From NCBI GenBank assembly GCA_017984315.1, contig JAGNZR010000003.1, positions 7,587-71,586 of the forward strand: a DNA stretch of 64,000 nt, read 5' to 3'. Source of the DNA: Fusobacteriaceae bacterium (lineage in GTDB: Bacteria > Fusobacteriota > Fusobacteriia > Fusobacteriales > Fusobacteriaceae). The first letter of the stretch is position 1. Each line of letters opens with the position of its first letter. Shown here one piece after another: positions 60,128 to 64,000 of this stretch. The position numbers were made by a program, and so were the translations under genes. The notes beneath the pieces were generated by a model. That model was not told the DNA's origin and ran no database searches. It saw only the letters and a program-made list of their open reading frames with translations.

Positions 60128-60577
60128 TTAAATAACCTCCAAATATTTTTTTATAGCTCTTAGATGAGAACCGTATCCTGAGCATCTGCATAAATTTCCA
60201 TTCATATAATGTAAAATTTCTTCATCAGTTGGGTTTTTTATCTCTTCTTTCAATGCAAGGACTGTGAGAACAAAACCAGGGACACAATATCCACACTGGT
60301 CTCCCCCTTCATTTGAAAGAATATCAGAAAATAATTTTGCATCTTTTTCTTTTCCTTCTATAGTTTCAATGTTTTTTCCATGAACTCTTACAGTGAGCGT
60401 AGAACAAGAAAGTGTTGGTTTTCCATCAACTAAAACAGTACAAAGTCCACAAGCTCCTGTATCACATCCCCGCTTAACACTGGTATACCCTAATTTTCTT
60501 AAAGTATCTAAAAGCACTTCATCTGGATTTATTAAAACTCTTTTTTTTAACCCATTAACTATTAAATTTATTACCAC
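60128..60577 (-). CDS. xanthine dehydrogenase family [2Fe-2S]-binding subunit
   Basis: Plant-type cluster CDTGACGLC..C. Second cluster QCGYCVPG..NLCRCSGY. GTG start 6 nt after GGAGG. Confidence 0.9.
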   Translation of the reverse strand: MVINLIVNGLKKRVLINPDEVLLDTLRKLGYTSVKRGCDTGACGLCTVLVDGKPTLSCSTLTVRVHGKNIETIEGKEKDAKLFSDILSNEGGDQCGYCVPGFVLTVLALKEEIKNPTDEEILHYMNGNLCRCSGYGSHLRAIKKYLEVI

Positions 60578-61418
60578 TGCAAATTACCTCCATAACAGAT
60601 TTTTTTATTAGATTTTTTGCTAGAATTCTCCTGTATAAATCTGTAGCTCTAGTGTTACTTTCAAATGTTATATCTTGGTCTATCAAGCTCAAAACATTTT
60701 CATTCAACCTTTTTTCTAAAAACTCTTTTTTCTTATCATTATCAATAATTTTTAATTCTTCAGATAAAGTGTTTAAATAATCTGAAAATTTATAAGCAAC
60801 AGTTGCCCTTTTAGGAGTGGCACCTATGCAAACTCTATAATTTTTTTTATTTTCGCATTGAGAAACAGCTAAATTTATAATTGAGTAATCTGTAGAACTT
60901 TTTCTTACACATTTAAATACGGACTTTCCATTTTTTTTAGGCAGTTTTATCTCAACTAGTATATCTTTTAAAATTTTTTTAGATTTTAGAAAATTTTCTA
61001 ATGTCTCTTTCCCATTTTTATATAGGATAACTTCTGCATTTACTGCAAGGAGTGCTGTGTTTAAATCTGAAAAACCGTATTTTGAAAATACAGTTGCCCC
61101 TACTGTTACGTTATTTCTAAATTGTACTCCTAAAATTCCAGAAACTGCATCAGATATAACTCCATCAAAATAATTTTTTATGATAGGGTTAGTTTCTAAT
61201 TCTCTAAAAGTCACCATAGCCCCAATTTTTATATAATCATCATCTTCAGTTATTTGATTTAATCCTATTTTTTCTAAGTCAATTATAGTATGTAATTCAA
61301 GGTTACTTAGCCTTAAATAAGAACCTCCACCTATAATTCTATTTTTTCTATTTTTTAATAACTCTTCATATGCATCTTCAATATTTTCAGCTAAAAAATA
61401 ATTTTTAAAATTTATCAT
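60555..61418 (-). CDS. xanthine dehydrogenase family FAD-binding subunit (CoxM/XdhB-like)
   Basis: FAD_binding_5-type N-terminus (RIIGGGSYL..). 287 aa. Its position is upstream of the FeS and Mo subunits. Confidence 0.8.
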   Translation of the reverse strand: MINFKNYFLAENIEDAYEELLKNRKNRIIGGGSYLRLSNLELHTIIDLEKIGLNQITEDDDYIKIGAMVTFRELETNPIIKNYFDGVISDAVSGILGVQFRNNVTVGATVFSKYGFSDLNTALLAVNAEVILYKNGKETLENFLKSKKILKDILVEIKLPKKNGKSVFKCVRKSSTDYSIINLAVSQCENKKNYRVCIGATPKRATVAYKFSDYLNTLSEELKIIDNDKKKEFLEKRLNENVLSLIDQDITFESNTRATDLYRRILAKNLIKKSVMEVICSGNKFNS

Positions 61419-61433
61419 TTTAACTCCTTTTAA

Positions 61434-62747
61434 TTAAGCTATTACTTCATGTTTATCTTCAGGTAAAATTATATTTAATAATATTGCAATAGTTCCAGAA
61501 AGGACAAGACCTGTTCCACCAAATATTAATTTAAATGTTTCTGGAAGATATTTTAAACCTTCAGGGACAGCACCGAATCCATAACCTAAACCTATCGATA
61601 CAGCTACGATAATTGCATTTCTTCCTTTTAAAGGTTCTTTTGTTATAAGATTAATTCCACTTATTGCTATCATAGAAAACATTACTATAAGTGAGCCACC
61701 CAATACTGCTGGTGGAATTATTGTTAGGATAGCTCCAAATTTTGGAAAAAATGCTGATAAAATTAATATTCCTGCTCCTAACCCCACTATAAATCTACTC
61801 ATTATCCCTGTCATCATAACAAGTCCACTATTTTGACTGAAAGTTGTTGTAGGCAGTATGCTAAAAATTGCAGCTATAATTCCACCAAAACCATCAGCCA
61901 ATATTCCACCAGATAGCTCTCTATCTGTTATTTCTCTTCCAGCCCCACCTAAAGTAACCCCAGTCATATCTCCTAAAGTTTCTATAGCTGATGCTGCATA
62001 TAAAACTGCCATTGATAGAATGGCATCAATGTGAAATGTAAATCCAAATTTAAAAGGTGTTGGGACACTTAATACTCCTGCAGTGACAACTGGAGATAAA
62101 TCTATTTTTCCCATAAAAATTGCAGCTATGAAGCCAATTACTGTAGCTATAAATAAAGAACCTGTACTAACTATCCCTTTTCCAAACTGCTTTAAAACAA
62201 CTGTTGTTACCAGCACTATTCCACCTAAAGCTAAATTTTCTAAACTTCCAAAATCTTTTGCACCAAAACCTCCAGCAAAATTTTGTATTCCTACAGGGAT
62301 AAGTGAAAGACCTATTGATAAAATAATTACACCTGTTACAACAGATGGGAAAAATGATCTTATTTTTTTTATAAATGTTCCTAAAAATGCCTCAAAAATT
62401 CCACCAACTAATGCTGCTCCAAGAATTCCTTCATATCCATATTTTAATCCTATTGATATTGCAATTGGAACAAAAGCGAAACTTGTTCCAACAACAACAG
62501 GAAGTCTAGCTCCTATAGGACCTAAAGTATAATTTTGTATCAATGTATTTAATCCTGCAACCAACATTGTAGCTTGTATTAATTCAGTTTTTGTCTCCTG
62601 TGTTATACCTAAAACTCCTGCTACTATAATTATTGGTGTAACATTTCCAACGAACATTGCCAAAATATGTTGCAATGCTAAAGGAAGAGCTTGTTTTGGT
62701 GGAGGGACTCCATCTAAATGATAAATAGATGTGTTCTTGTTTTTCAT
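61434..62747 (-). CDS. NCS2 family nucleobase:cation symporter (xanthine/uracil/urate permease family)
   Basis: Polytopic, 437 aa. NCS2 signature region TTFSQNSGLVMMTGI. It is the first gene after a purine-type riboswitch. Confidence 0.88.
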   Translation of the reverse strand: MKNKNTSIYHLDGVPPPKQALPLALQHILAMFVGNVTPIIIVAGVLGITQETKTELIQATMLVAGLNTLIQNYTLGPIGARLPVVVGTSFAFVPIAISIGLKYGYEGILGAALVGGIFEAFLGTFIKKIRSFFPSVVTGVIILSIGLSLIPVGIQNFAGGFGAKDFGSLENLALGGIVLVTTVVLKQFGKGIVSTGSLFIATVIGFIAAIFMGKIDLSPVVTAGVLSVPTPFKFGFTFHIDAILSMAVLYAASAIETLGDMTGVTLGGAGREITDRELSGGILADGFGGIIAAIFSILPTTTFSQNSGLVMMTGIMSRFIVGLGAGILILSAFFPKFGAILTIIPPAVLGGSLIVMFSMIAISGINLITKEPLKGRNAIIVAVSIGLGYGFGAVPEGLKYLPETFKLIFGGTGLVLSGTIAILLNIILPEDKHEVIA

Positions 62748-62823
62748 GGTTTTGTCTCCTTATATATATTATAATTTATTTCTATCCATATTATTTATTT
62801 TGTAGTCACTGAAAAAATTTTTT

Positions 62824-62889
62824 AATAAAAAAAAGTTACTTTACACTTCTCCTAGTTAATAAAAACTATAAGAGAAAGAAAGTAACTTT
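62824..62889 (-). terminator. long hairpin plus U-tract forming the expression platform of the purine riboswitch
   Basis: On the minus strand, AAAGTTACTTT (62889-62879) pairs with AAAGTAACTTT (62842-62832). An inner CTTTCTC/GAGAAG extension adds pairs. The hairpin runs into a T8 tract. Confidence 0.6.
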
Positions 62890-62972
62890 TAAAAATTTGA
62901 AAATTCAAAAAATATTGTGCAAAAATATTACACGATAATATGAACATCTAAATTCTAAAATTATAACTTTCA

Positions 62973-63035
62973 CTCATAGCGATTAATTTAAGGATAATCG
63001 TAGAAACTCCCAACCATATTATGGGTATATACGAG
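62973..63035 (-). promoter_or_regulatory. purine riboswitch aptamer (guanine/xanthine class by discriminator C), with non-consensus positions
   Basis: Minus strand: CUCGUA UAUA CCCA UAAUAUGGU UGGG AGUUUCUAC GAUUA UCCUUAAAU UAAUC GC UAUGAG. It shows a P1/P2/P3 three-way junction, L2 AUAUGG, J2/3 GUUUCUAC, and a C directly 5' of the P1 3' strand. Confidence 0.8.
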
Positions 63036-63049
63036 CTTTATATAATCTT

Positions 63050-63078
63050 ATATTAGCACAAAATTTAGGTTTTTTCAA
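63050..63078 (-). promoter_or_regulatory. sigma70-like promoter for the riboswitch-led operon
   Basis: Minus strand TTGAAA (63078-63073), 17-nt spacer, TGcTAATAT extended -10 (TAATAT at 63055-63050). The -10 box ends 14 nt upstream of P1. Confidence 0.55.
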
Positions 63079-63189
63079 ACTTATTTTGTTTTGTTTACGT
63101 ATGTTAACTGAATTGATGTAATTTTCCATTTTTTAATAAAAAAATAGAAGGGTTTATACATTCTGCGTGATTTTTATATTTAAGTTTAT

Positions 63190-64000
63190 TTAAAATTTGT
63201 GGTGATTTTTCTTTTGATCAGAATAAATTCCTAAATCACCGCTGAAGACAAAAGCAATAGCACAACTTATAAAAAGATATAAAGTCATATCATAACCAAA
63301 AATTTCAAGACCGATAAAAACAGAGGCAAGAAAAGTATTTGTGGCAGATGAAAAAACTGTACAATACCCTATAGCTGCCATAAATTTTGGGGAAAGATTA
63401 AATAAATTACCTAAAATAAAGCCTAAAGAAGCTCCTATTGAAAATAAAGGGGTAACTTCTCCACCTTGAAACCCAATCCCAAGAGTGAGGACTGTGAATA
63501 AAATTTTAAGTAGCCAGTCATAAGAATAAATTGTATTATCATGGAAACTGTATTCAATTAAATTTGTTCCAAGTCCGCTATATCGTCCATTATGAATAAA
63601 GTAGAGCATTAATGCTAAAAAGATAGAGCCTATAAAAATTCTTTTCATTGGATTTAACTTTAAAAGATATGAATTGATTTTTATTTTTTTTAATAAAAAA
63701 GAGAAAAAATAACCGATAAAACTAAATATCAAAGAACAAAAAATAATTATAAATATATTTTTCATATTAGCTTTTGGAATATCTTTTAAAATAAATGGAA
63801 AATGCTCAAGTCCTAAATAATTAGATATAAAAAGGGCTGTATAAGCTGATACTAAAGATGGAAGTAAAGATCGATATTCTAAAATTCCAATTTTTAAAAT
63901 CTCCATAGAAAAAATAGTTGCAGCTAATGGTGTGCCAAATAATCCAGAAAACCCTGCAGCAACTCCACAAGAGGCAAGGATTGGTTTTATTTCAGAAACT
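63190..64000 (-). CDS. ClC family voltage-gated chloride channel / H+-Cl- antiporter, 5'-truncated by the window edge
   Basis: The frame stays open to nt 64000 (..VSEIKPILASCGVAAGFSGLFGTPLAATIFSMEI..). GxFxP-type selectivity motif GLFGTPLAA and a later GGEVTPLFSIGA. The ATG at 63906 is internal. Confidence 0.85.
   Translation of the reverse strand, partial: VSEIKPILASCGVAAGFSGLFGTPLAATIFSMEILKIGILEYRSLLPSLVSAYTALFISNYLGLEHFPFILKDIPKANMKNIFIIIFCSLIFSFIGYFFSFLLKKIKINSYLLKLNPMKRIFIGSIFLALMLYFIHNGRYSGLGTNLIEYSFHDNTIYSYDWLLKILFTVLTLGIGFQGGEVTPLFSIGASLGFILGNLFNLSPKFMAAIGYCTVFSSATNTFLASVFIGLEIFGYDMTLYLFISCAIAFVFSGDLGIYSDQKKNHHKF

Noticed and set aside
1-64000. Scan for mobile elements, CRISPR arrays, tRNA/rRNA genes, long direct or inverted repeats and prophage genes
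   Set aside because: No transposase, integrase or recombinase-like ORF appears in the six-frame track. No repeat-spacer periodicity and no GC-rich cloverleaf-like islands are visible. The only GC-enriched intergenic patches are the two riboswitches. I could not compute GC skew or k-mer anomalies by hand, so subtle islands cannot be excluded.

Overview
The window is a very AT-rich, gene-dense bacterial chromosomal segment. It has about 45 genes, short intergenic gaps and many Rho-independent terminators. Gene content mixes diderm markers (kdsB, a TolC/MFP/RND efflux operon, lspA) with Firmicutes-like housekeeping genes (rqcH, ylmH, a spoIID-domain gene). This suggests a Fusobacteriota-like organism, but that is an inference I cannot verify.

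Gene order, left to right:
- 5'-truncated fruK-like kinase.
- A flavin/thiol redox cluster: disulfide oxidoreductase, iron-sulfur flavoprotein, TetR, YeiH, Rrf2, a PNPOx-like protein, and an exported FMN_bind+FAD reductase.
- An ArAE-type exporter.
- cysK-cysE.
- An AGCS symporter behind a tandem glycine riboswitch.
- A heterodimeric ABC exporter preceded by an OLD-like ATPase-TOPRIM gene.
- recQ-ylmH and a pseudouridine synthase.
- An rsgA-rpe-marR-rqcH-mgtA string.
- A PTS EIICB gene broken by one in-frame stop.
- The TolC-MFP-RND operon.
- Stand-alone hutH, a Ca-type P-ATPase and rlmA.
- tex, an orphan sensor-kinase-like gene, then ileS-lspA-glyQ-glyS.
- kdsB, the SpoIID-domain lipoprotein and uvrA.
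- A purine-riboswitch-led operon (permease plus three-subunit xanthine-dehydrogenase family enzyme).
- A 5'-truncated ClC channel gene.

I saw no rRNA, tRNA, CRISPR array, transposase, integrase or long repeat. Most of the window is ordinary core genome and I found no convincing multi-gene novel system.

The items most worth a second look are:
- the non-consensus purine aptamer on a catabolic operon;
- the compact OLD-like nuclease apparently co-transcribed with an ABC exporter;
- the TolC protein with a ~290-aa N-terminal extension;
- the H-box-less kinase wedged between tex and ileS;
- the exported flavinylation-motif reductase together with the orphan hutH.
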